Shown here: positions 19,122-29,733 of the stretch, one piece after another | How the letters are laid out: each line of letters begins with the position of its first letter | How positions within the stretch are numbered: position 1 is the stretch's first letter | Sequence record: NC_062581.1 | Direction: 5' to 3' (one strand) | Length of the DNA: 64,000 nt | The notes under the pieces: model-generated | The model's input: the letters and a program-made list of their open reading frames with translations, nothing else | Database searches by the model: none | What the model was told of the DNA's origin: nothing | Position numbers and translations under genes: made by a program

Positions 19122-21413
19122 ATGGCCACCCTTAGTACTACTGGTCTTTATCCCGAGGACTTAAACGGTAACAATCCGTTGAACCTCGTTCAAAATGAAA
19201 TCCAGACGTTGACCGTGCCAGGTAAGGATGATTATTACTTTATCATTCCTAAAGCTGCCCCTTTCTTCGTAGACTCCCTGGAAGTTGTCAATGCTCAAAC
19301 TGGTCAAGTGTACAAAGAAGATGAAGACTATCTAGTAGGCCACTGGTTTATTGAAGCCATGGATTCTATTGGTCGTCCTATTGCTGGTTCGATTCGTTTC
19401 ATGAAACGAACTATCGTAGGTCAGGTCCGTCTTAAGTATCGTACAATTGGCGGTAACTGGGGTTTCTCTGATACACAGATCCTAGCGGAACTAAACCGTA
19501 AACTGTTGAACCCATTGGTTCGTAGTTGGGGTATGATTGGAGAACTGCCTTATTCGTTCCCAGCATTGGAACATGACCAATCAATCGATTCGTTAATTGG
19601 CTCTAAAGAAATTGAAGAAGCCATTAGTCGATTGGCTGATATTGTTGAAGCAGCTGCAGCTGGCGCTAGTGACCAACACTTAAAAGATTTTGGTAACCCA
19701 CACCGGGTAACTAAAGATCAAACAGGTTTAGGGCTAGTGCAAAACTTTGGTATGGCTACTAACCCAGAAGCAATTCAGGGTTCTCTAACCAATCGCTACA
19801 TTAGCCCAGCTTCAATGATGGCCGCTATTAACGCCATTGCAGTTGCGCCATTGAATGCACATATTACCGCGACGGGTAACGTACACAGCCTTCGTGCTTC
19901 AGATATCAACTTAGGAAACGTTCCTAACTACGCAGCGGCTAACCCAACTCAGGCTATTGATGTAACAAACAACAGTACTCTAACTACGCCATATAGCGTA
20001 GCTTTGATGATTCAAAAGTTGGCAGGTACTTCACGTATTGATGACATTGAAGCTAAGTTAAATGCACACTTGGCCGATATCAATACTAACCCGCATAAAG
20101 TTACTGCTGATCAAGTAAATACTTACACCAAGCAAATAATCGATCAAAAGATCGCTCAGGCTTCTGGTGGTGGTGGTAATGCAGATACGTTCGATGGGAA
20201 AACCCCGGCAGAATGGGCTGCTCAATTTGTTTCTACGGATGAGTTCAACACATTCATTTCGTCTACACAGTTTGGTGGTGCAGTTACTGAAGCCTTCCAA
20301 GCAGTGAATGATCCGACATTGATTCCTGACCCAAGTACTATTGAAGAAGATGAAGCTAAAGCAGCTTTGTTGGTTAATGGTGGTATGGCAATGTACGATG
20401 CATACGGTCTATGGAATGGTTCTGGTGATAACCGGTTGGTTGCAGATACGTCTATTCCAATGTACCCGAGTGCTGGCGCAGTGGCTTTCCCTGAATTTAT
20501 TACAGGGGGTCAAGATCGTTGGGTGTCTCAGTTAAATGCACGTTACTACGTGACGGCTCGTGGTGGTATCATTAGTTCTGGTTCTGCCGCTATTGGTGCC
20601 CCAGTTGGTTGGAAAGATGATGCTTCTTTTGCACCAGCTAATGCTGTCTCTGCAATTTGGGCAACCAAGACTGAGTTGTTTGCAATGTCGGCTGCCGATG
20701 GGTCAATTCGTCGTTTCAAAGCGGATAACACCAACGTAGTTGTTGTAGCAGCAACAGCAACTCGTAAACCGGTGTCCATGCGTGTGTCACCACAACTAGT
20801 CAATACACAGTCACTGGGTGTTGCTGAAGTTGAAGTCGGCGATGAAGAAGATTTTGTAGTAGAATACGTGCCCTTGGGTGATGCTACTTTTGTAACATCA
20901 ATGAACAACCTGATGAACACTGTTAAAGCTACAGATCCTATTGCCGATATCCGGATTGGTGAAACTCAGATTCTAATCCTGACTGAAACTAAAGGTGTAT
21001 TCTTAGCAAACATTAACCGGGCAAACCCAGCAGCCATTACAGTTGCTTTGGTTGCTTCACCTACTGCTACTTCGGGTGATGGTGTTGTTGTAGGTCTGCG
21101 TTCAGCAGGTTTGATTGACAATAGTGAAACCGGTACAGGGATTGCACAAATCTCGGGTATGTATGATCACTTTGCAATGCTTACGAATAAAGGTAAACCT
21201 TACTTTATCGGTGACAACTCCCAAGGTCAGTGTGAAGTTAAAGTTAACCAAGTACCACTGTTGACTATTATGGCAGGGTATAAGTTTACGGTAACTGTTA
21301 ATAATCTGAATCAAGCTCAATTCTTCGGTGACTCTCCTGATAACTCCCTGTTGTTTTCACAACGTGGAATCAGTATTGACCCAAATGATCCTGACAGTGC
21401 GTGGTATAAGTAA
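19122..21413 (+). CDS. Baseplate/tail-fibre protein (phiKZ gp131-like)
   Basis: 763 aa; Y..DL.G.NP.N start, H...NPH.VT..Q.GLG repeats, beta-rich C-terminal domain. Confidence 0.75.
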   Translation: MATLSTTGLYPEDLNGNNPLNLVQNEIQTLTVPGKDDYYFIIPKAAPFFVDSLEVVNAQTGQVYKEDEDYLVGHWFIEAMDSIGRPIAGSIRFMKRTIVGQVRLKYRTIGGNWGFSDTQILAELNRKLLNPLVRSWGMIGELPYSFPALEHDQSIDSLIGSKEIEEAISRLADIVEAAAAGASDQHLKDFGNPHRVTKDQTGLGLVQNFGMATNPEAIQGSLTNRYISPASMMAAINAIAVAPLNAHITATGNVHSLRASDINLGNVPNYAAANPTQAIDVTNNSTLTTPYSVALMIQKLAGTSRIDDIEAKLNAHLADINTNPHKVTADQVNTYTKQIIDQKIAQASGGGGNADTFDGKTPAEWAAQFVSTDEFNTFISSTQFGGAVTEAFQAVNDPTLIPDPSTIEEDEAKAALLVNGGMAMYDAYGLWNGSGDNRLVADTSIPMYPSAGAVAFPEFITGGQDRWVSQLNARYYVTARGGIISSGSAAIGAPVGWKDDASFAPANAVSAIWATKTELFAMSAADGSIRRFKADNTNVVVVAATATRKPVSMRVSPQLVNTQSLGVAEVEVGDEEDFVVEYVPLGDATFVTSMNNLMNTVKATDPIADIRIGETQILILTETKGVFLANINRANPAAITVALVASPTATSGDGVVVGLRSAGLIDNSETGTGIAQISGMYDHFAMLTNKGKPYFIGDNSQGQCEVKVNQVPLLTIMAGYKFTVTVNNLNQAQFFGDSPDNSLLFSQRGISIDPNDPDSAWYK

Positions 21414-21730
21414 TGATTAACCAAATCACACTACAGCAGTTAATGAGCGACATGCGTGGTCTTGGTAATCGTATTGCCACGATCGCGTCTACCTTGTCGG
21501 CTCGTATTAACGGACACATCAACACTAAAGGTAATGCCCACGGCATGGAGCCTGCTGACATTGGTTTGGACCGCGTAGCTAACTACGCACCAGCCACTAA
21601 GGCAGAAGCAGCCAAAGCTGTTAACAATACCACAGTGATGACCCCTAAGCGTACACTTGACTTTGTTGAGGAAAACGTTTACAAGCCAATCGGCGAACTG
21701 TTTAAAGACGCAGCAGACCGTTTACCGTAA
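21413..21730 (+). CDS. Small tail-fibre-associated protein
   Basis: 105 aa; HINTKGNAHG..PADIGLDRVANY repeat. Confidence 0.7.
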   Translation: MINQITLQQLMSDMRGLGNRIATIASTLSARINGHINTKGNAHGMEPADIGLDRVANYAPATKAEAAKAVNNTTVMTPKRTLDFVEENVYKPIGELFKDAADRLP

Positions 21731-21739
21731 CCCAAGATC

Positions 21740-21763
21740 GAGACACGGTTTTCGTGTCTCTTT
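21740..21763 (+). terminator. Intrinsic terminator-like hairpin
   Basis: GAGACACG-GTTTT-CGTGTCTC-TTT. Confidence 0.55.
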
Positions 21764-21787
21764 CTGCTGCTTACAATTGGAGCAATC

Positions 21788-23137
21788 ATGGCGAATACAA
21801 TCGTCCAATATCCATTAGACCTTACGGGTACCAACCCTAATAACCTAGTGGGTTCTGAAGAGCATTTACTCGTCTCGATCTCGGGCTTTCCATATCGAAT
21901 CATCACCATGGAACACGGTGGTTTCTATAGCAAAAGCCTAAAGGTTTTTGATGAAGCGTATAACCCACTTCGTCCTAACGTAGATTACATCTGGACGTAC
22001 CGGCATAAAAACCTATCCGAACGGACAGGTCGTGATATTGCTAGCGCTATCGTTTTCATTAACCATGCCTTACAAGGCAAAGTTATTTTACAAGCGCAAA
22101 TGGTTGGCGGTGATCTGGCCTACAGTTTTACAGTGGTATCTGATTACATTGCTTTCTATAACAGCAATCCACACGTACCCACCATCAATGATTACATTGG
22201 TGCTGAGCCTATTTGGGCTCCAGGTGAACTGGCTAATGAACGATGGGGATTAGATAAGTTCCAACCGTTTAACAATGAGCTAGAAAATATTCGTCGGGCT
22301 TTGACTGTTGGTGCAGTGAATGCAGAAACTGATTTCCGGACTGAAGTAAAAGATCGGTATGATGTATTCATGGCGAGATTTAATGATCGTCTAGAACGAC
22401 ACATTGCAGATAAGAATGATCCACACCAAGTTAATCCAGATCAAGTCGGGTTAGGTGTTGTTCAAAATTATCCATTGGCTACTCAGGCCACTGCAGCAGC
22501 AGGTAGTTCTAACGTTCAGTATCTAACTCCATCTCTAGCACATTACACCATCGGTCAAGCACCTACAATTGCATTGAATGCACACATTAATCTAAGACCA
22601 GCAGATCCGCATGATACAACTCCTGCTCAGATTAATGCTGATTCTAAATCAGTGCAAACGCAGAGGTTAGCACAGTACCATAACAAAACAGATACTGTGG
22701 ATAATACCGCTGCTATCAATTGGAATGGATCGCTAATTGATGTTGATACTTATCGACAAATTGTTCGTTCTAACCTAGACACCAGTACGTTCCCTAGAGG
22801 GATCTTGGAACCTAACCAGTTAACCTACGGGACAGCTGGCCCCACCAAGCTATTACGTGGTGATGGTACTTGGGCAGATGTTGCACAGCTTCAACCAGAA
22901 TACGGGGCTACAGAAGAATCCAAGATTATTCAATTGTCGCGACAACCTTCAACGGCAACCGCTTTGAACATTTTGAATACCACTTACAATAACCTAGCTG
23001 TTGCACCTGTGGGTACGATTGCATTCTACACACTACGTGTTTATCAACAACAAGGTAACGGTAACGGTTCTTCTACCAATACACACACCTTCCAATATGC
23101 TGCCGCCCGTACTAATAGTGGATGGGTAACTGTTTAA
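21788..23137 (+). CDS. Tail-fibre paralogue 1 (gp133 position)
   Basis: 449 aa; same N-terminal module and NDPHQV..DQVGLG repeats. Confidence 0.75.
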   Translation: MANTIVQYPLDLTGTNPNNLVGSEEHLLVSISGFPYRIITMEHGGFYSKSLKVFDEAYNPLRPNVDYIWTYRHKNLSERTGRDIASAIVFINHALQGKVILQAQMVGGDLAYSFTVVSDYIAFYNSNPHVPTINDYIGAEPIWAPGELANERWGLDKFQPFNNELENIRRALTVGAVNAETDFRTEVKDRYDVFMARFNDRLERHIADKNDPHQVNPDQVGLGVVQNYPLATQATAAAGSSNVQYLTPSLAHYTIGQAPTIALNAHINLRPADPHDTTPAQINADSKSVQTQRLAQYHNKTDTVDNTAAINWNGSLIDVDTYRQIVRSNLDTSTFPRGILEPNQLTYGTAGPTKLLRGDGTWADVAQLQPEYGATEESKIIQLSRQPSTATALNILNTTYNNLAVAPVGTIAFYTLRVYQQQGNGNGSSTNTHTFQYAAARTNSGWVTV

Positions 23138-23146
23138 GGTTTCGAT

Positions 23147-24547
23147 ATGAATCCAGTACTTTACGCTTTACCGCTCGACTGGAAAGGCGAATCTCCAGAT
23201 AACCGAACTAAAGGAGAACGTCACGATCTTACAGATCAATACGATCTTCCTTTTAGAATCGTGGTTTTACGAAACGGTTATTTCTTTACAGACAACCTTT
23301 ACATCATCGATGGTAAGGGATACGTGCTGAAAGAAGATCGCGACTACCAATGCGTAGCGTTTAATTCAGATGCAGCCGATAAAACTTCTAAAACAGTTTG
23401 TGCTGTCATTGTTATCATTAACCCTAATGTTAGTCCCATCATTGAAGTAGATGCACAAATGCTGGGTGGGGAATACTGCAGTGTGGTTCCTTCCATTGTG
23501 GAAGCAGCTAAAGGTTTAATGAATTCAACTCGTAAGATTCATTGGAACAACATTACCGGTAAACCGGATGACTATCGTCCTAATGGTCACATGCATGCTT
23601 TGTGGGAACTCTTTGGATTTACTCCACAAGTAATGCAGCTGAAAAGAATAACGGCTGGATTTGAAAGATCGGTACAAAAAGACTTTGATGCTTTGTTGGT
23701 TAAGTTTGATCAAAACATGTCCGTGGTTGAAAAGTTACTGGATGCAGTTGAACAACAATTGACCGATCACATTGCGGATGTTGTTTCAAAACCACACCGT
23801 GAAACAAAAGCACAGATTGGTTTAGGTTTAGTACAAGACTATCCTGTAGCCACTGCTCAGGAAGCATCTGCTCCTAATGCCAGTATTGTAAATCGGTATG
23901 CAACTCCGTGGTCTATGGCCGTGTCTATCCGGGTCAACTTTTTGGATAAGTTAGATGAACATAAAGCTAATATGAATAACCCTCACAATGTGACGGCATC
24001 TCAGCTTAATGTCTACACTATCCCTCAGTTTAATACCATCATTCAAGATTACGTTCCTTTGCACTCTACCGTAAGACAGTCTACACGTATCTACGGTCAA
24101 ACACCATTGGAATGGTACAACGTTGCGCGTTACGATAACGAAGTACGAAACATTGACGTATCCGCAGGGCGCGTGCACCCTAGTCGATTCTCCCATGCTA
24201 CTGGCTGGCCAGGGCGGCAATACTACTTAACCCCTGGATTGGATTGGTATCCAATTGCAGCGCAGTTTAAGAAGTTTGAAATTATCTCTACCAAGATTAT
24301 TCCAATGATTGGTTCACGTGTAAGTAGCGATGGTGGAATTGTAGCTTTAGCAACAAGTGCTTTAGCAGATCCCGTTCTTTATCCTGGAGGCACCATCATG
24401 ATTGTTAATATGCCGTACTCCATTGACATTGGAACGAGTAACGGGTCTATTGTTACCACATCCCAAAACATCGGCATGTGTGTACGTCTAAAGAATGCCG
24501 ATGGCTCTGCTGGGGCTTGGGTACGTGGAACAGGGCCAACTTCATGA
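23147..24547 (+). CDS. Tail-fibre paralogue 2 (gp134 position)
   Basis: 466 aa; shared N-module, KPH.ETKAQIGLG and NNPHNVT repeats. Confidence 0.75.
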   Translation: MNPVLYALPLDWKGESPDNRTKGERHDLTDQYDLPFRIVVLRNGYFFTDNLYIIDGKGYVLKEDRDYQCVAFNSDAADKTSKTVCAVIVIINPNVSPIIEVDAQMLGGEYCSVVPSIVEAAKGLMNSTRKIHWNNITGKPDDYRPNGHMHALWELFGFTPQVMQLKRITAGFERSVQKDFDALLVKFDQNMSVVEKLLDAVEQQLTDHIADVVSKPHRETKAQIGLGLVQDYPVATAQEASAPNASIVNRYATPWSMAVSIRVNFLDKLDEHKANMNNPHNVTASQLNVYTIPQFNTIIQDYVPLHSTVRQSTRIYGQTPLEWYNVARYDNEVRNIDVSAGRVHPSRFSHATGWPGRQYYLTPGLDWYPIAAQFKKFEIISTKIIPMIGSRVSSDGGIVALATSALADPVLYPGGTIMIVNMPYSIDIGTSNGSIVTTSQNIGMCVRLKNADGSAGAWVRGTGPTS

Positions 24548-25896
24548 CAACCATAACGTTTATCCCGACTGACTTCACGGGTACTGCTTTGGGTAACCGA
24601 AGAAGTAATGAAGTACACCACCTGATCACTGTTGCCGGTAAAACCAATCGTGCATTCGTTTGTAACCATGGTGCGTTTTATTCGGCATCAATGATTGCTC
24701 GCGATAACACTGGTCGGTTGTTAGTACAAGGTACTGACTATAAAACAGTTTATCATTACGAAGACTTTTCTACGTTGACTGGTAAAGAAGTAATGGGTTT
24801 TGTTGTGGTTACTAACGCAGCAGTACAATCACCTGTTACTATTCAATACCAAGCACTAGGTGGACCATTTGCAGTTTCTGTGGATGAGCTAAGAGTTTTG
24901 TTGGAAGCTATTGATGATACCAAGTTCCCATTTGTTTGGGGTGAGATTATTGGTAAGCCGACAGCCTATAAACCAAAACCACACACTCACCAATATTGGC
25001 AGTTGTATGGTTTGGAAACAACGGTTACTGAAATTGACCGGATTGCCAATGCTTGGGCTATTGGTAACAAAGCCGTAATGGCCGAGAATGAAACATACAC
25101 CGATGCTTACATTGCTTCTGCTCAAGCAGAAATTGCTAAGTATCAAGCTGCTGTAACTGCGCACATTCAGAATTATACAAACCCACACAATCTTACACCA
25201 GCCCAAGTGCAACGAGAAAGATTGTTTAACTGGGGAATGTCCGGAGTGTTTCACATTGCTGATCCAGCTAACAACAACACATACCTACCAATTGGTGGAG
25301 TCTATCAGATTCTGAACGATGGTATTGTTCCGTTGTTAAATGCTCACTTGCGTAATTACAACAACCCTCATGGTGTCACACCAGACATGGCCGATGTTTA
25401 TACAGCAGGCTATGTGGATAATCAATTAGCTTCTAAATTGAAGTGGACTGATTATGCTGCTAACTCAACATTGTTTTCAGGCATTGATCACATCTCACTT
25501 TACAACCAAGCACGACTGGCTATTCCTGCAGGTAACGTAACCTCGGGTCTTTTCCAGTGGATGCAACTGGGTACGGATTATCCTGGTTTTGACACAGAGA
25601 ACTATCTGTTAGCTGGTGATAAAACTTGGAAGCATTGGTCACAGTTCATGAAAGTTATTAACGACACCAAAGGTCGTGTAGCTTATATTGGTCTGATTAG
25701 TGGTACTAAGGATGGTGAAGCGTCAGGTGCAGTTGCAGCGCGAAACATTCTCAATGCTAGCTTTGCAAGTACAACAGCTTGGCCAGTAGGGTCTATGGCA
25801 TTGGCTCAATTTGCATGGCGTTATTACGAGTTGCAGATTCGTCAAGTACTGGTATTCCAACGCACAGCAGCAACTGGCTGGACATATTTAGCTTAA
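24544..25896 (+). CDS. Tail-fibre paralogue 3 (gp135 position)
   Basis: Start moved to ATG 24544 (ATGA overlap); NPHNLT and NNPHGVT repeats. Confidence 0.75.
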   Translation: MTTITFIPTDFTGTALGNRRSNEVHHLITVAGKTNRAFVCNHGAFYSASMIARDNTGRLLVQGTDYKTVYHYEDFSTLTGKEVMGFVVVTNAAVQSPVTIQYQALGGPFAVSVDELRVLLEAIDDTKFPFVWGEIIGKPTAYKPKPHTHQYWQLYGLETTVTEIDRIANAWAIGNKAVMAENETYTDAYIASAQAEIAKYQAAVTAHIQNYTNPHNLTPAQVQRERLFNWGMSGVFHIADPANNNTYLPIGGVYQILNDGIVPLLNAHLRNYNNPHGVTPDMADVYTAGYVDNQLASKLKWTDYAANSTLFSGIDHISLYNQARLAIPAGNVTSGLFQWMQLGTDYPGFDTENYLLAGDKTWKHWSQFMKVINDTKGRVAYIGLISGTKDGEASGAVAARNILNASFASTTAWPVGSMALAQFAWRYYELQIRQVLVFQRTAATGWTYLA

Positions 25897-25911
25897 CCAA
25901 GGAAACAAAAA

Positions 25912-26478
25912 ATGAGTACATCTGAAGTATACAGCGCAATTGGTGCATCTACTGCAGAGATGACAACTGTCTTGGCTTTTAACCGAGTGAGTGGCGAATT
26001 TGTTTTCGCTCTTGCCAATGTCAAGATGGCTGATCTCTCTGGCGCAGATCTAATGACTTATGTCGAAACAGAATTCGACAGTAATACACAAACGGTAGTA
26101 GGTACTTATCCCGATTACGAAATTAAATTACTTTCGGAAATGCCGGAGGTAATTTACGAGTTTACTGTAGACCGGGCAATGGCAACTAAGATCACTAAGG
26201 TCTATCCAATTGCTGAGCAAGTAAACATTCTAGGTCGCGCTATTAAAATGCTTGCTGAGAAAGCAGGTATTGAAATTGATGAACTAGAAGAAATGCTTGA
26301 TTACATTAATACCGCTCGTGAAGCTAACCGGGAACATAAGGAAGCATATAAGAATGACCCAGCTTACGAATACATCTCCAATGATGAAATTGCAGCAGCT
26401 GACGAAAGACGTTACGCCGGTGGTCTACACGAGGAACTCGGTCCGCGAGCAATCGAAGGTGGACGCGTTTTCAGTTGA
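25912..26478 (+). CDS. Hypothetical protein, possibly tail-fibre assembly chaperone
   Basis: 188 aa, AAGGA RBS, directly follows the fibre genes. Confidence 0.5.
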   Translation: MSTSEVYSAIGASTAEMTTVLAFNRVSGEFVFALANVKMADLSGADLMTYVETEFDSNTQTVVGTYPDYEIKLLSEMPEVIYEFTVDRAMATKITKVYPIAEQVNILGRAIKMLAEKAGIEIDELEEMLDYINTAREANREHKEAYKNDPAYEYISNDEIAAADERRYAGGLHEELGPRAIEGGRVFS

Positions 26479-26911
26479 TATAGCTGAGGCTATCTGTGGG
26501 GCTCTAGAAGCCCTTCCAGCTGACTATTGGTATCATCGCACTAAGATTAACAGTACACCTACACAGGGCATCACTGAGGCCGACTATTGGTTCTTAGGTG
26601 ATAAGCAAATGCCTAAAGAACTTCGAGATGTTTTATGGGGTTTAGCTCCACAAATTGAAAAGTGTCCTTTAGGTGAGGTTTGTGTTAATCGGTACGAGAT
26701 TGGCAACGGGATGCCTGAGCACACCGATAGAGCTTATTACCGCCACAACATGGTTATCGCTTTATGTGACCATGGTGACGGCATTGAGATTGAAGGAGTG
26801 TTTCATCAGGATCAACCGGGTAAGGGTGTTGTTTTTCCTATTCGTTCGGCCCCCCATCGTGTCCCGCCTGTTACCAGTAAACGTTACGTTCTTATCTACC
26901 TCTACAACTAG
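26459..26911 (+). CDS. 2OG-Fe(II) dioxygenase family protein
   Basis: CVNRYEIGNGMPEHTD (HxD) ... PHRVPPVTSKRYVLIY (distal H and R); GTG 26459 start is tentative. Confidence 0.7.
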   Translation: MDAFSVDIAEAICGALEALPADYWYHRTKINSTPTQGITEADYWFLGDKQMPKELRDVLWGLAPQIEKCPLGEVCVNRYEIGNGMPEHTDRAYYRHNMVIALCDHGDGIEIEGVFHQDQPGKGVVFPIRSAPHRVPPVTSKRYVLIYLYN

Positions 26912-26919
26912 GTATCTAC

Positions 26920-27411
26920 ATGTACACAATTCTCCCAGCGTTAGATCAGGACACAGTTGACAAGCTTATTGCTTTGCGTAAAGAACTGACTATGTCTGAT
27001 TCCACCGGTACGCGTTTGCGGATTGGTAAAAACATTCGCGATAAAGAAAGTCGTTATCGCTACAGCCGTTGGTTCTCTTGGAACCGTCATCAACGAGCTA
27101 AGTATAAAGAACTTATTCCTGAACAAATCGTTAGCAGGTCTATCCAATGCTGGTTCTTAGAATTTGAACCTGAAGTTGGCTTCCTCGATACTATGACCTA
27201 CTGGGTGGGAATGCCTTCATGTGGTACAGCAATTGCTTACGCATTGCAAGACGACATGTATATCAATCTTGAAGGTAATAACATTCATGTCAAGAAAGGG
27301 GAAGGTATTGCTTTTCATCTTTCAACAGTCCATCAAGTTAATCCATCATCGGCTGGTGGTCTGTGGGCGTGCGTCATGACACGTACTTGCCATACAACTT
27401 GCAAAACATGA
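26920..27411 (+). CDS. Degenerate 2OG-oxygenase/cupin-fold protein
   Basis: WFLEFEPEVGFLD ... GEGIAFHLSTVHQV; distal His kept, HxD absent. Confidence 0.5.
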   Translation: MYTILPALDQDTVDKLIALRKELTMSDSTGTRLRIGKNIRDKESRYRYSRWFSWNRHQRAKYKELIPEQIVSRSIQCWFLEFEPEVGFLDTMTYWVGMPSCGTAIAYALQDDMYINLEGNNIHVKKGEGIAFHLSTVHQVNPSSAGGLWACVMTRTCHTTCKT

Positions 27412-27430
27412 TTTTTAATAAGGGTTTTAT

Positions 27431-28330
27431 ATGTCGATTCTCGATCAACAAGTAGTTAACGTAACTCGGACTGCTGTCGGCGCTTTACTGCAAACCGTCA
27501 AATATTTAGGGCTGCCACAAAAATCAGCTCTGCTCAAGAACACCACGTTGAACCAAAAGTTTAACGTACAAGCTAACGTCATGCCGAGTGATGCACAATC
27601 ACTAAACTTTGGATACCTGGTAATTGGTAACAAAGGACACTACACAGTAGTAGCTGACGATGGTTCGGATGAAACAGACGTTCGTCCACACCGTACCAAC
27701 CACAACGGTCTTTACAATCACATCCCATTTGCTTTGCGTGAAGTTACAGATGACTTTACTCAACTCGAACGAGAAAAGTATCGTATCCGTATTCCAGAAA
27801 CACACAACAGTAAATCGTATTGGGCTTATTACGCTCGCCGTGTAAATCTTTCTGCTGTTATTCCACAACTGTTGGAAGTAGAAATTATTAACGGTGTTGA
27901 AGTAACTAAAGCTTACGTACCAACGCTTGAAGATCTTAACCCAACACCACCAACCATTTCTAATACTGGTGTAGTAGTAGGTTCTCCTAAGTACATCTCC
28001 GCTTCTGCAATTGTGGAAGTTAAATGGACCAAAGAAGATATTGCTGAGATTGTTAACGCGCACCGTGTTCGTACTGGCTCTACTCGTTCTCCAGTAATTT
28101 CGGAGATTGGTTTGGTTACTGGTATTGACAAATTGGTAGCAGGTGCAGCAGGTGGTGGCGGTAGTTTTGATTACACCGAAGTTATTGGCGCACAGATTTC
28201 CGTACACGTTGCAACTAACCACCCTATCGCTTATAACTCCAATGGTCTAACCATGGTTTACGATATCGGTGCTTCTGAACCAATGTTGGGTGATACTGCT
28301 CTGAACGTTGCACAATTTGCTAAGGCCTAA
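27431..28330 (+). CDS. Virion structural protein (gp139 position)
   Basis: 299 aa, strong codon bias, synteny. Confidence 0.7.
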   Translation: MSILDQQVVNVTRTAVGALLQTVKYLGLPQKSALLKNTTLNQKFNVQANVMPSDAQSLNFGYLVIGNKGHYTVVADDGSDETDVRPHRTNHNGLYNHIPFALREVTDDFTQLEREKYRIRIPETHNSKSYWAYYARRVNLSAVIPQLLEVEIINGVEVTKAYVPTLEDLNPTPPTISNTGVVVGSPKYISASAIVEVKWTKEDIAEIVNAHRVRTGSTRSPVISEIGLVTGIDKLVAGAAGGGGSFDYTEVIGAQISVHVATNHPIAYNSNGLTMVYDIGASEPMLGDTALNVAQFAKA

Positions 28331-28332
28331 TT

Positions 28333-28986
28333 ATGCTTAAGATGCCAGAGAATTCAGAACCTTTCAAGATTCTGTCTCTCGACCCTGGCTCTTCACATGT
28401 GGGCGTTAGTATCCTACTTGACTATCTGGATGGTTCCGATGTAGTGATCGATGATTCGTTCACGGTGCATCTAAAAGACAGCCATCCACACTATGCTGAG
28501 TTTGGAGACCTTCACGGTAATCGCGTTATTCGGCTGATGCAACTAGGAGATGCTGTTCTAGATCTCTGTCGTACGCACAGACCGCACGCAATCATTGTGG
28601 AAGCTAACTACCTAGGTCGTTTCGCTACCGCCTTTGCTGCGCTTGTAGAATGCGTAGCAATGGTTCGTAGTGCCGTGTATATGTACGACCCTTTCTTACC
28701 CTTGTACCAAGTCGATCCGTCTAGTGCAAAGATCAACGCAGGTATGGAAAGAATTAAAGGAACAGATAAGGAAGATGTTCGTCGTGCTATGAGAAACCGC
28801 AAAGGCATTGTGTGGAATGTTAATCTAGATGAACTAGACGAGCACAGTGTCGATGCATGCGCTATTGGTGTGTACTGCGCTGACCATATAACGCCTAGGG
28901 TAATGCCCGCTGAACCTATTAAAAAGGTGAAGAAGGTTAAGGTCAAGAAGGAACGTAAAAAGCGGAGACGAGGTAAGAAACGATGA
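28333..28986 (+). CDS. ruvC: RuvC-like Holliday junction resolvase
   Basis: ILSLDPGS, IIVE and DEHSVDACAIG acidic catalytic motifs. Confidence 0.85.
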   Translation: MLKMPENSEPFKILSLDPGSSHVGVSILLDYLDGSDVVIDDSFTVHLKDSHPHYAEFGDLHGNRVIRLMQLGDAVLDLCRTHRPHAIIVEANYLGRFATAFAALVECVAMVRSAVYMYDPFLPLYQVDPSSAKINAGMERIKGTDKEDVRRAMRNRKGIVWNVNLDELDEHSVDACAIGVYCADHITPRVMPAEPIKKVKKVKVKKERKKRRRGKKR

Positions 28987-29498
28987 GCTTTTTGAAAGGT
29001 CTAGGATTACAGTGGTTTGAATGGCTTGGCATTGGTATTGTTGTATTGATGCTAAGTGTTGGGTATTTAGTCTGGAACAAATACGATGAGCGCACATTGC
29101 AAGTAGGTGGGTTATCCACAGCAAATGAGGTACTCACGGAGACAGTGAAATATAAAGATCAATCCGCCACCATCTCGGATCAGGTTGTCGCTGAATTTGT
29201 TAAAGAAAAAGAAGATGTGAAGGTTGAGCTGCAACAGTCACGTGAAGGAGTGATTGATGACTACATTAACATGGCAGAACGATCCACAACAGAGGCCGTT
29301 AAGCCAGTTGTGGTCGTCCCTGCAAAACCGGCAAAGAACCAACCACCAGAAGTTCAAGTTCGGGCCACCGAGCCCAAAGTTGATAATGTTAGTGATACTG
29401 CTCGCATTAGTGTGTTGGCTGAGCGGATGCACGAGCACTACTGTAAAGCCGCCCCAGAACGTGGTATCGGCTGCAATGCCGACAGTACTAACAAGTGA
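28983..29498 (+). CDS. Putative i-spanin (Rz-like)
   Basis: N-terminal TM helix (WLGIGIVVLMLSVGYLVW), coiled coil, C-terminal Cys; overlapped by a lipoprotein gene. Confidence 0.7.
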   Translation: MSFLKGLGLQWFEWLGIGIVVLMLSVGYLVWNKYDERTLQVGGLSTANEVLTETVKYKDQSATISDQVVAEFVKEKEDVKVELQQSREGVIDDYINMAERSTTEAVKPVVVVPAKPAKNQPPEVQVRATEPKVDNVSDTARISVLAERMHEHYCKAAPERGIGCNADSTNK

Positions 29499-29733
29499 GT
29501 GTTACGTTTCTCAACCACCCACTGCAGCTGAAATTATGAATGCTCCACAGCGTTACCGTGTAGTTGGCGTAATGACAGATTGGGAAGCTCGTTTTTTATT
29601 AATGTCGGATCATTGGCTCCTACAAACAGACGCACTAAAGCAATGTAATGATCAAGTGCGCAAATCACGTGAGTGGGTTAACAAACATCGTGGTTTGGAG
29701 AAGCCAAATGAAAATTTCGGAAATCCTGAGTGA
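29386..29733 (+). CDS. Putative o-spanin (Rz1-like lipoprotein)
   Basis: Start ATG 29386: MLVILLALVCWLSG-C lipobox, Pro-rich linker; starts inside the i-spanin gene in another frame. Confidence 0.75.
   Translation: MLVILLALVCWLSGCTSTTVKPPQNVVSAAMPTVLTSECYVSQPPTAAEIMNAPQRYRVVGVMTDWEARFLLMSDHWLLQTDALKQCNDQVRKSREWVNKHRGLEKPNENFGNPE

Noticed and set aside
26297-26458. Extended N-terminus of the 2OG oxygenase, or a +1 frameshift from the upstream gene
   Set aside because: The overlap is deep inside another gene and no slippery site or stimulator was seen; GTG 26459 is the simpler start.
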